Of a stretch of 64,000 nucleotides of DNA, positions 25,804-34,667 are shown piece after piece (positions within the stretch are counted from its first letter, which is position 1; every line of letters begins with the position of its first letter). The notes under the pieces were generated by a model. That model worked only from the letters and a program-made list of their open reading frames with translations. It did no database searches and was not told where the DNA came from. The position numbers and the translations under genes are program-made. The stretch is from Candidatus Saccharimonadota bacterium (GTDB taxonomy: Bacteria; Patescibacteriota; Saccharimonadia; Saccharimonadales; JACDBH01): contig JACDBH010000004.1 in the NCBI GenBank assembly GCA_013694995.1, positions 128,995-192,994 on the forward strand, written 5' to 3'.

Positions 25804-26508
25804 ATGGGACGCTCAGGTATTTTAGCTTCAATATTTCTAAGACCCTTATCAAAGTTAGGTAAGCCCTCGCAGCCTGATATAAAGGTTACTTTTACGTTCC
25901 ATCCCATTGTTTGTAAGGCTGAATACTGGTGCCGCAAAGAATCAATGCTTGGTGACGAGTGGATGATAACTACCTTCGCTTATTATCTGGGTAGGTATCT
26001 CAGTATTTGCGATGACCGACAGCGCGAGATGATGGCAGAGTTACTTTCTGAACTTTTCAATGTTAAAGATGAGAAGGATATGCATATCCTGGCAGAACTC
26101 TGTTACGAAAATCTGCTCCCAACACTTACGGATGATGAAAGAAAAGCGGCTGCTGGACTTTTCGGTATGTTCCCACCCGTACGCCTTTACTATCAGAATA
26201 GGAATATGGAAGTACCTGATGAAAAATTTAGCACTTATATTTATCAGATGGTTATGACATCTAAAGGCATGCAAACCCATTTAGAATTGGGCGTAGCTGA
26301 TATGATATTGTTTCCGCTCTCAGTAGTACATCTTTATACGTTCGTGTCTGGTGAAGCATCTACGAAAAACAGTCGTTTATTATCAGAACTGTCCAATGAG
26401 ATACTCCTTGATTATTACAACAACGACCAGCCGCTAAGCTGGATGCATGCTGGTATCAATAAGATGTTGAAAAAGTATCCTCAAATCGTTGAGAAACTCA
26501 AAAAATAA
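25804..26508 (+). CDS. hypothetical protein (island cargo)
   Basis: 234-aa ORF with no recognisable motif. Confidence 0.45.
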   Translation: MGRSGILASIFLRPLSKLGKPSQPDIKVTFTFHPIVCKAEYWCRKESMLGDEWMITTFAYYLGRYLSICDDRQREMMAELLSELFNVKDEKDMHILAELCYENLLPTLTDDERKAAAGLFGMFPPVRLYYQNRNMEVPDEKFSTYIYQMVMTSKGMQTHLELGVADMILFPLSVVHLYTFVSGEASTKNSRLLSELSNEILLDYYNNDQPLSWMHAGINKMLKKYPQIVEKLKK

Positions 26509-26649
26509 TCCTACTTTTTAAGGGGGTACGTACACGGAAGGGTATATTCCCTCAGCCTATATAGGTGTATGGGTACCCTTATCGTTTCTGGGGGTGGGGG
26601 GTGTCCCTGGCTATATTTGCAGCCCTGGTGTTTCATAATTCAAATAGGC

Positions 26650-27210
26650 TTAGTCAGCTATTTTTTGGGCTTGGCTACCTTGTACTTCGCCAAGTTCGCC
26701 TGGAGTCCCTGGTGTATCTGCTTTGGGGTTTTGCCCTTCGTTGAAATGAGGGTGATTAGTCGTTTCATAAGTCTGATTATACTCTCCAGTGGTGTAATGG
26801 GGTCTGTAAGTTATCACCTCAGGCTCACTACCAACCGTGATAACTACAGTCTGCTGTTGCTGAGTAATATCTACTTGAGTGCGTAGCATACCGTAGTGTT
26901 TCATCATCAGCTCAATAGCTTTTAGCCTTGCCGAAGGACGCATGTCAGTATCCTCTATGAAGGTTTTGAGTGTTGCTAATATCCTCTCGGGTGTAAAGTG
27001 GCGCGCGTTAGTAGCCTCGTACTGTCTTAACCAGCCTGGCTTCGTTCTGGATAGCTCTCGTGCTGTGTGGTGACTAAAGCCACTGGTAATAGCAGATTGA
27101 TAGCAGTTGCCAAAGGACGGGCTTTTGGGATTAAAGTAGCAATCAATAAACCTCTGCTGCCTAGGATTATTTATTACTGACGATACGTTTAGCAATCGGT
27201 TCGTAGCCAT
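26650..27210 (-). CDS. phage terminase small subunit-like DNA-binding protein
   Basis: N-terminus PRQQRFIDCYF.....FGNCYQSAITSGFSHHTARE fits the Terminase_2 HTH pattern (Q..F..EY....NAT.AA..AGYS..TA). Confidence 0.5.
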   Translation of the reverse strand: MATNRLLNVSSVINNPRQQRFIDCYFNPKSPSFGNCYQSAITSGFSHHTARELSRTKPGWLRQYEATNARHFTPERILATLKTFIEDTDMRPSARLKAIELMMKHYGMLRTQVDITQQQQTVVITVGSEPEVITYRPHYTTGEYNQTYETTNHPHFNEGQNPKADTPGTPGELGEVQGSQAQKIAD

Positions 27211-27462
27211 TGCTTCCTCCTATAAGTATTATATTTATCTTTCGGCTTTGTGTATATTGCAGGGTTTCTATAAGGCTGTTTAATGGGTAAGGTGTAGGGC
27301 ATTGTGGCGGGGTTCAAGGTTAGGTGATAGTTGAGGATGTAACTCCCAGCTCTTACCTTGATAACAAGTACTCCTTATAAGGAACTGCCAGGATATCACG
27401 CCAGCGATTGATTTCCACCCCTAGTTCGTGTAACTTTTCGCCCACGTATCGCACCATTGAGG

Positions 27463-27993
27463 TTATACCGAACGGCGACGTCGAGCAGCCAGTAATGCGC
27501 TGCCTATCAGTATTAAAGTGGTCGAAGCTATTAGTTCTCCGTTCACTATTTTTTCCTGTGTACCAGTTTCGGGCAATATCACTTGCTTTGGTTTCACAAC
27601 TGCGCTCACTGTAGGTATGGTTTCCGGCGTAGAAGTAGTCGTAGTCGCTACATCACAGTCTGAAGGAAAGTAGCCGCTAACATAGAAAAAGCCATTTTTT
27701 GCACATAACTGAGTACCTACCGGCACGCCCGTATCGGCTATAGTAGTTGTAGTTTCAGGTTCGTCGTTACAATTGGCAGGAGGTTTCACCGCACCGCCAA
27801 TTGCATATAAATTACCATCGACAGGGCAAAAGACATCTCCCGCCGGTATATAGTAAAAAAAAGTTGTCGATGTTTCGGGTGGTGCGGTTGTAGTGGTAGT
27901 TGGATCAGTATCAACAGGTACAGTTAAAGGCAAGGCCTCAACGGGAGTCATTTGCCAGAGAATGTTATTAGGTAATTGATTAAAATTCTTCAT
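27463..27993 (-). CDS. small Thr-rich surface protein with C-terminal LPXTG sorting signal (LPETG-TM-RRRR), no N-terminal signal peptide
   Basis: The C-terminus is ILPETG followed by a hydrophobic stretch and RRRRSV. Start set at MKNFNQLP (AAGGA upstream), matching paralog 33923-34501. Two Cys-x-Cys loop modules. Confidence 0.65.
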   Translation of the reverse strand: MKNFNQLPNNILWQMTPVEALPLTVPVDTDPTTTTTAPPETSTTFFYYIPAGDVFCPVDGNLYAIGGAVKPPANCNDEPETTTTIADTGVPVGTQLCAKNGFFYVSGYFPSDCDVATTTTSTPETIPTVSAVVKPKQVILPETGTQEKIVNGELIASTTLILIGSALLAARRRRSV

Positions 27994-28167
27994 TAACCAT
28001 CCTTTAATTTCATTTAACCACAGTTTCATATAAAAGTCAATAGCTTACGCTTTAAATTACATAAACACTAACATCACAGATACGTGCGTAGCTTTTACAT
28101 TTTATAATGATTGTGTTTTGTTGGCTACTGTGATATCAATATAACTAATAAGGGCGATGTTCAGCAT

Positions 28168-31100
28168 ATGTTTATGAGAAAAAAATCAAAAAAAGTTCAA
28201 ACGCAATTTAAAGAAGAACAAATCAATCCTGGCCTAATCTTGCCTACACCCATAAATCAAAGAAAGTCCCGGTTTAGACTTTATTCACCCTCAGGAAAGG
28301 GCTGGAAATCCAAAGCTTTAATTTTCATGTTAGCTTTTGGAGTTATTGGCGGCTTCTTCTTATATAGAAGCTTTGCCGAAACCCCTTATGGCGACATACT
28401 AACTGGAGCTGACCAATTGGTGTTACGGTACGAACTGCCCTACCCGCATAATTATATTGAGAACGAATTTGAACAAGTTCCGCCACCTGCCACACTTTTA
28501 TATGGAAATGGTCTAATGCTCTGCCACGAATATGAGAAGTCTCGTGCCGACACCCAAACAAGTCCGCTAATGTTTTTAAAGGAGCGTCAGCTTGCGTCGG
28601 GTGAAATTGCGATACTCGTTGATCAAATACGAGCTCTGGGCTTTGATGATATGTTTACCAGGACGCTACCTGATACTATTCCTCCGGCGGTAGACGAAAC
28701 ACCTAGCATTAGCCTGTTTACCACTAGCGGCGAAAGGGAAGTTGTTCTTTATCCTACTGAAAAGTTAGACAAATTTGATGCAATAGCTGCGCTCCTAAGC
28801 AGTGAGTGCAAAAAGGCAAAGACTGATTTTGATCCTGATGAAGTTATCTTGGAAAGTATCAAACTGCCGGATATGGCTGAAAGTACAGTGGCTACCTTGC
28901 CAAATTTGTCAGTATCAGTTGCTGAAAAGGACAACGATATCCAATCCAAAGTCCTTAGTGGCGATGAAGCTAAAAATATTAAAGGCCTAATAGCTAAAGG
29001 GAATAAAATATATAAAGCACCAGACGGCAAAAAAATTAAAGTAAGGGTAATACCGAAAGTACCCGATTACCAAATTTCGAAACGTTTCAGTAAATCTAGC
29101 GGTGGAAACGTGGCCAGTGCAGCTAATATATACAAAGTCCGTTTCGTATATATATATGCTGCTGATCAAGCTCCTCCAACCTCAGATCAACTTAGTGGCT
29201 TTGTTGAGTTGATGAACTCATTGCCGGGCTATTACAGTAACAATGTGAATAAGCCTTTTACATCCCAGGGGCTAACAGTGATGCAAGCAACCAAAAACGT
29301 GGCAGATTATCATGTATGTCCAGATAACAAATGCGTAGATACAAATACAGGTGAGTACATGGGCTCACTGGCTACATATAAAAACTTAGAACTAGATAGT
29401 AATATAAAAAAAGCTGGTATAAGTACGGTGGTAGCATATAACTGGAACTACGGGAGCGAAGTATGTAGGGGCTGGGGAGGCCCTACTCATCCTGAATCTG
29501 AATTTTTTAATTACGTTGGTGTCGAAAATTATGGTGTAGCAGCCTTTGCTGCCGCAAAGTGTATGGGATCTACTTCTCTATATCCTCCCCCGGGTAACCC
29601 AAGTCCAAATCTGAGACACAAGGTGGGCGCGCATGAAGTCGGCCATACTTTTGGGTTAGGTCATGACACAGAACTAACAATGATGCATAGGGGCGGTGTC
29701 ACTATGACTACTTTTGGTTATGGTATTCCACTGAATCCCGTCCAGGCTACCCTACTTCGTGATTTAAGCCTATTCTTTCGTGAAGAAGCTGGGGCGGTGT
29801 ATGAACCTGGACCAGTTACATCAGGTTCAACCTTTGTCTCCATAAACCCAGCACGCCTACTTGAAACACGTCCAAACCTTTCAACTGTCGATGGGAATTT
29901 TAATGGCATAAACAGCCTAGTAGCCGGCTCAACTACAAAATTACAGGTTGGTGGCCGGGCCGGAATGGCCACCAATGCTAGAGCAGCTGCGCTCAATGTT
30001 ACAGCCATTAACCCAATAGCAGCGGGTTATATGGTAGTTTTTCCATGTGATACTGGGCAACCAAAAACTTCAAACGTTAATTATAATCCTGGCATTACAG
30101 TTTCAAATTTTGTTATTTCAAGGTTAGACGGTAACGGACAGGTCTGCATATATACTAATAATGCCATAGATTTGGTAGTAGATATAAATGGGGTGTTTCC
30201 ATCTGGTTCTACTACATCATATACCAACATAAGCCCTGTCCGCATACTAGAAACGCGGGGAGGCCTATTAACTGAAGATGGGCAGTTTAATGGCATTAAC
30301 CGTTTGCCGGCAGGTTCAGTTACCCAGTTAACGGTTAATGGCCGTGTCGGTATACCCTCTAATGCTTCTGCTGTATCCTTAAATGCTACAGTTATAGATC
30401 CAGCTGCCGATGGGTTTATGGTTATTTACCCTTGCAATACCTCTCCGCCTTCTACTTCAAGTATTAACTATATGAAAAGTAGTAATATATCGAATGCTGT
30501 TATATCAAAAGTAGGCAATGGCAGTGTCTGTATCTATACCAATAACGCAATTGATCTGGTAGTTGATATTAATGGTGCGTTTAATGACTACACGTCATTT
30601 AAAAGTGTTCCGCCTAAGCGCTTACTGGAAACTAGGCCTGGGCTTATTACCTATGATGGTATTTCGCAAGGTATTAACAGGCTTGGAGCTGGCTCAATAA
30701 CCGAATTCCAGGTTGCCGGAAGGGCTGAAGTACCCAATGATGCCCTAGCAACGGCATTGAATGTTACAGTTATTAATGCCCAGTACGACGGTTTCATGAC
30801 AGTATATCCTTGTGGTATCCCTTTACCGAAGACTTCCAATGTCAACTTTAACGCCAATACCACCGTTTCTATAGCTGCATTTTCGAAAATAGGGGTAGGT
30901 AGCAGTGCTGGCAAAGTCTGCCTTTATACAAATGTTGCTACGGACGCTGTAGTTGATGTAAATGGCGCGTTTGTGATTTCAGATGGGTCGCAATCCGCTC
31001 TAACCGCGGTTGATCCTGTCGGGGTTTCTCCCGCCCCACCTACTACCGTAGTAGCCTGCCCGTCAGGCTACATAGGCACTTATCCAAACTGTGTCATACC

Positions 31101-33708
31101 AGTTCCTCCAGACACCATTGCAAGAAAGATGTTTACCTGGGTTAGTAACAGTGCAACTGCTCCAAACATTCCGGATTATCCTTACTGTGCTCGCATGGAT
31201 GCTTCTGCCACGGACCCGCATACTTGGGCTGACAACTGGCTATGCAGCCACTTCGATTATGGCTTAAGGCTTTATTTAGCTACTGCACCACTTAATCATG
31301 CCTCCCTGTATCCAACCAGTTCGATTTTCATGGCTGAGCCGGCGCATAAAGATGCAGGATGGGGCGATTCCTCAATGGGGACTACAAGGACTGCTTACTT
31401 CCTGCAATCCGACAGAAATACCCCAAGCGATTTTGTATCAAAATTTACCTGGAGCTATGTAGGTTCTACTGAGATAGCGGCAGGCTTACCTGACGCGCGC
31501 TCCTGTACTGCATGGAGTGAACCATCCGAACCAGCCAGCTCGATGTGGAGCGATAACTACCTATGTGGGCCTTGGTGGTTCCAAACTATACCCCCAACGC
31601 CACCAGTAGTCTCGATAACGGCGCCAGCTAGTAATTCTACCGTGAGCAACATTGTCACCATCAGTGCCAATGCAACTGATGCTAAAGGGATCTCAGTCGT
31701 CCAGTTCAAGTTGGATGGCAATAACCTCGGCGTCGAAGATGCGACGGCACCTTATTCGATAAACTGGGACAGTAAAACGGTGAACAGTGGCAACCATACC
31801 CTCACGGCGGTAGCGCGTAATGTCAGCGGACTTAGCACAACTTCAGCACCCGTTACAGTGAATGTCCAATTACCCCCACCACCACAAAGCACAGCACAGG
31901 GCACAATAACTAGTGCAGACTGCGCAATCATAAGGGGAACTGCCTACGATGCAGACTGGCCAGCAGGTGGAATACGAATTGATATACGAATCGATTCTTC
32001 TTACGCGTCCAATCCCCGTCCACCAGATGGAACCGTTTACACCGACTCAGCCGGTAATTGGTCTTGGTCAATCCCTAATACATCGGCTTATAAAACCAGT
32101 CGAGCTCGTTCTATATATTTTGACATATTGGGCAAAAACTCCTCAGGTGTTGGTGATGCTTGGGTAGTTGGCATTAACTCAGGTAGTCCAACTTACGGCC
32201 CTTGCCAAGTTGCAATGTGTAGTTCTATTCAAGTCAGCATGGATAATGGGGTTACATACGGAAGTAACATTGGTTATAACGGTAGCGCCAATGTCACTGG
32301 TGGTAAGGCATTCAAAGTGAAAATGGCGATGAATAACCTAGCTCCTGTGGTTGGCGGTTCTACATGGAATACAGGATCTGCCAGTCAACAGGTACATGTC
32401 GGAACAGACGGAACAGATACTAGGAATGACTTTAAGGCAATAACTGGTTTAGATTATAGGACATCCGAAAATTCACCGGCTACCGTATACCCTGGCCAAG
32501 TAGGGTACTTCGTATGGGGAATTACTGCTCCGAATGCCAACACAACGCAGTATAAAAACTACACTATGCGTTTCCAGGCTGTGCAGGAATGGGTTGAATG
32601 GTTTAATACGGCTGGTTCTTCGAATACAGGAAACTGCCAGTTTAATATAAACGTCACAGCTCCGATTATAAGCAAATGCTCGGGCGTAACAATTTATAGT
32701 GACTCAAACTTCATAGGCGGTAGTTCAATTTTAAGTGCAGGATACAGTACAACGCGGATTCCTCTTGGTAGTGATACTATCAGCTCAGCACGCATACCAA
32801 AGGGATGTAAATTACGGCTGTTCCTGAATAATGTATATAGCGGAGCAATGCATGATTTAACAAGTGATTGGCCAGGCAGTGTATCTGACCCATGGAATGA
32901 CAAAGCCTCAGCACTGCAAGTCACAGAATCAGATACGATTACGGCAACAACGCCAATAACATGTCCCTCAAATAGCGTGACGCTATTCAAAGATTCCGGT
33001 TACTTAGGGTCATCGAAAATATTAAGTAATGGTAAGTATGATGTGAGGCAGCTTTCAGGTATTGGGGATAATAGGCTAAGCTCAGTTAAAGTACCTCTTG
33101 GCTGTAAGGTTATCCTATATCAAAATAGCGGTTTTGGCGGTGCAACCAAAGTACTAAACGGCGACTGGACAAGCACTGCTGATGATCCATGGAACGATAT
33201 TACTTCTAGTATTGAAGTCAAAAACCGTGCTACGGCTGTGGCTTCGACTGAGATGTTACAGAACCCTGGGTTTGAGCAGGGCAATGTAGTTTGGACAACA
33301 TCTGTTCCGAGTGGTGTAGTGTTCAACTACAATGTGTTATCTACAGCCGGACAAGCAAAAGAAGGAACTAAGTATATGGAAGCTAACTCTACACCATATG
33401 GAGCATCGCTATATCAGGTCGTCACAGCAAATCAAGAGCCAGGTTCTACATATAGATGGTCGGCTTGGGTAAGGTCGCCATCTTGTACTCCCGTAAATGG
33501 ACATGTTACTCTTTGGAGTGTGTGGGCAACAGTCACTAATTCCTACACCGGCTTCACAGCTGATTGTACTTGGCGCCAAATAACGACCACCTTCACTGCA
33601 ACTAATACCGGGGACACACAGTTCCTGCCATATATAACGTTACTTACGGGAGGCGTAAATCTGGATATTGATTCAGCTAGCTTGGTTAAAATTAATTACG
33701 TAGAGTAA
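28168..33708 (+). CDS. giant membrane-anchored surface protein: metzincin-motif protease region, 3x ~115-aa repeats, Ig-like, beta/gamma-crystallin-like x2, CBM-like C-terminus
   Basis: Start MFMRKKSKK matches the paralog. TM segment ALIFMLAFGVIGGFFLY. HEVGHTFGLGHD at 29632-29667 followed by MMH. Repeats run LETRP...LNVT...YPC...TSN.N...D.VVD.NGAF. C-terminal NPGFEQG..W block. Confidence 0.75.
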   Translation: MFMRKKSKKVQTQFKEEQINPGLILPTPINQRKSRFRLYSPSGKGWKSKALIFMLAFGVIGGFFLYRSFAETPYGDILTGADQLVLRYELPYPHNYIENEFEQVPPPATLLYGNGLMLCHEYEKSRADTQTSPLMFLKERQLASGEIAILVDQIRALGFDDMFTRTLPDTIPPAVDETPSISLFTTSGEREVVLYPTEKLDKFDAIAALLSSECKKAKTDFDPDEVILESIKLPDMAESTVATLPNLSVSVAEKDNDIQSKVLSGDEAKNIKGLIAKGNKIYKAPDGKKIKVRVIPKVPDYQISKRFSKSSGGNVASAANIYKVRFVYIYAADQAPPTSDQLSGFVELMNSLPGYYSNNVNKPFTSQGLTVMQATKNVADYHVCPDNKCVDTNTGEYMGSLATYKNLELDSNIKKAGISTVVAYNWNYGSEVCRGWGGPTHPESEFFNYVGVENYGVAAFAAAKCMGSTSLYPPPGNPSPNLRHKVGAHEVGHTFGLGHDTELTMMHRGGVTMTTFGYGIPLNPVQATLLRDLSLFFREEAGAVYEPGPVTSGSTFVSINPARLLETRPNLSTVDGNFNGINSLVAGSTTKLQVGGRAGMATNARAAALNVTAINPIAAGYMVVFPCDTGQPKTSNVNYNPGITVSNFVISRLDGNGQVCIYTNNAIDLVVDINGVFPSGSTTSYTNISPVRILETRGGLLTEDGQFNGINRLPAGSVTQLTVNGRVGIPSNASAVSLNATVIDPAADGFMVIYPCNTSPPSTSSINYMKSSNISNAVISKVGNGSVCIYTNNAIDLVVDINGAFNDYTSFKSVPPKRLLETRPGLITYDGISQGINRLGAGSITEFQVAGRAEVPNDALATALNVTVINAQYDGFMTVYPCGIPLPKTSNVNFNANTTVSIAAFSKIGVGSSAGKVCLYTNVATDAVVDVNGAFVISDGSQSALTAVDPVGVSPAPPTTVVACPSGYIGTYPNCVIPVPPDTIARKMFTWVSNSATAPNIPDYPYCARMDASATDPHTWADNWLCSHFDYGLRLYLATAPLNHASLYPTSSIFMAEPAHKDAGWGDSSMGTTRTAYFLQSDRNTPSDFVSKFTWSYVGSTEIAAGLPDARSCTAWSEPSEPASSMWSDNYLCGPWWFQTIPPTPPVVSITAPASNSTVSNIVTISANATDAKGISVVQFKLDGNNLGVEDATAPYSINWDSKTVNSGNHTLTAVARNVSGLSTTSAPVTVNVQLPPPPQSTAQGTITSADCAIIRGTAYDADWPAGGIRIDIRIDSSYASNPRPPDGTVYTDSAGNWSWSIPNTSAYKTSRARSIYFDILGKNSSGVGDAWVVGINSGSPTYGPCQVAMCSSIQVSMDNGVTYGSNIGYNGSANVTGGKAFKVKMAMNNLAPVVGGSTWNTGSASQQVHVGTDGTDTRNDFKAITGLDYRTSENSPATVYPGQVGYFVWGITAPNANTTQYKNYTMRFQAVQEWVEWFNTAGSSNTGNCQFNINVTAPIISKCSGVTIYSDSNFIGGSSILSAGYSTTRIPLGSDTISSARIPKGCKLRLFLNNVYSGAMHDLTSDWPGSVSDPWNDKASALQVTESDTITATTPITCPSNSVTLFKDSGYLGSSKILSNGKYDVRQLSGIGDNRLSSVKVPLGCKVILYQNSGFGGATKVLNGDWTSTADDPWNDITSSIEVKNRATAVASTEMLQNPGFEQGNVVWTTSVPSGVVFNYNVLSTAGQAKEGTKYMEANSTPYGASLYQVVTANQEPGSTYRWSAWVRSPSCTPVNGHVTLWSVWATVTNSYTGFTADCTWRQITTTFTATNTGDTQFLPYITLLTGGVNLDIDSASLVKINYVE

Positions 33709-33724
33709 GACAAGTTTTAATATA

Positions 33725-33886
33725 TGGTGCGGGTTGAAGAGACTCTCCCACGTTCCGCGGGCCCGAAACTTCATCTTTACAGGCTAGTTTGTAAGAGAAG
33801 ATTTCCTTGCGAATTGCCACCGGCAATTCTCACTCTCGACCTCGTCCTTGGCAAGGATGCGCTCTAAACAACTGAGCTAAACCCGC
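33725..33886 (-). tRNA. tRNA-Gly(GCC)-like gene interrupted in the T loop by the 86-nt element (intron-like, or a pseudogene)
   Basis: The 54 nt at 33886-33833 match tRNA-Gly through the T-stem 5' strand. The 22 nt at 33746-33725 are AGAGTCTCTTCAACCCGCACCA. TATAAT at 33908-33903. Confidence 0.5.
33747..33832 (-). ncRNA. 86-nt conserved tRNA-fused element, copy C
   Basis: TGAG-AATTGCC/GGCAATT hairpin-CGCAAGG-CTTC...GAAG-GTTTCGGGCCCGCGGAACGTGGG. Homologous to copies A and B. Confidence 0.5.
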
Positions 33887-33922
33887 ATACTAACAGATTG
33901 AGATTATAGCGGAATTTGGGAT

Positions 33923-34501
33923 TTATACCTGACTAGGACGACGAGAACGTAAATGCATTACACCACCTAGAGCAACTAGAGCAGTTGCAAATAGTATTTC
34001 TGTGCCTATGATTTCACCTGTACCTGTAACGGGTAATGAAGTTTCTTTGGGTTTAGAAGCAACCAAGGCTATTGGCGCGATGGTAGTAGCTGGAACAACG
34101 ATTGTAGTTGTTGTGGTATCGGCCGGTGCAGCTTCAGTAGTAGGTGGTACTAGGCAGTTTTCTGGTAACTGAATATTGACATATCTAATACCGTCTGCAC
34201 AGAGAGTAGTATCAGGAGGCACTGGAGGTATACCAGTATCTACAATGACCACAGTCGTGGTAGTTGATTCTACTCCACAATCAGTAGGTAGTGGGTCACC
34301 AATAGGAATTATGGTGCCGTCCATGCAATATGTATCTCCCACAACTACCCCTGTATTCGTAGTAGGGATACTTTCGGGAGTGGTAGAGACTGGATCGGTT
34401 GGAGGAACTACATCAATAGAATGTATCAGTGATTCTAGAGAAATACCGGCACTATGGCTAAAGCTTAATTCGCTACTTGGAAGCTGGTTGAAATTATTCA
34501 T
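33923..34501 (-). CDS. small Thr-rich surface protein with LPXTG sorting signal (LPVTG-TM-RSRR), paralog of 27463-27993
   Basis: N-terminus MNNFNQLP. Two Cys-loop modules (YCMDG...PTDC, LCADG...PENC). The C-terminus is SLPVTG followed by a hydrophobic stretch and RSRRPSQV. Confidence 0.65.
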   Translation of the reverse strand: MNNFNQLPSSELSFSHSAGISLESLIHSIDVVPPTDPVSTTPESIPTTNTGVVVGDTYCMDGTIIPIGDPLPTDCGVESTTTTVVIVDTGIPPVPPDTTLCADGIRYVNIQLPENCLVPPTTEAAPADTTTTTIVVPATTIAPIALVASKPKETSLPVTGTGEIIGTEILFATALVALGGVMHLRSRRPSQV

Positions 34502-34667
34502 GATCTACCTTTTTACAACTTGATTGTAACACACTACTGTAAAATTGTCAATAGCTTATGGTTATCCACAGCTTATCATCTTACAATTTATCAAAATAAG
34601 TATAGAAAAAGGTTGTGTTTTATATCTCAGTGTGTTTAATTGAAGGTAATTAAAAGCGTCTTATTAT

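Larger units (their letters stand above)
22716..27456. mobile_element. putative ~4.7-kb integrated island (serine recombinase + phage-like cargo) at the tRNA-Gly 3' end
   Basis: The recombinase ORF ends inside the tRNA T loop. Cargo includes TerS-like and FtsK-gamma-like genes. A tRNA-3'-end-like fragment (27434-27456) is a possible right border. Confidence 0.45.

Noticed and set aside
26569-26886. Track ORF 26569-26886 (+), 105 aa
   Set aside because: It largely overlaps the TerS-like gene on the opposite strand, has a Cys/Trp/Gly-rich odd composition, and has no RBS.
29718-30914. Antisense ORFs within the giant genes (e.g. 29718-30008, 30081-30296, 30651-30914, 36329-36619)
   Set aside because: They recur only because the sense-strand repeats recur, and they are fully nested in long well-supported ORFs.
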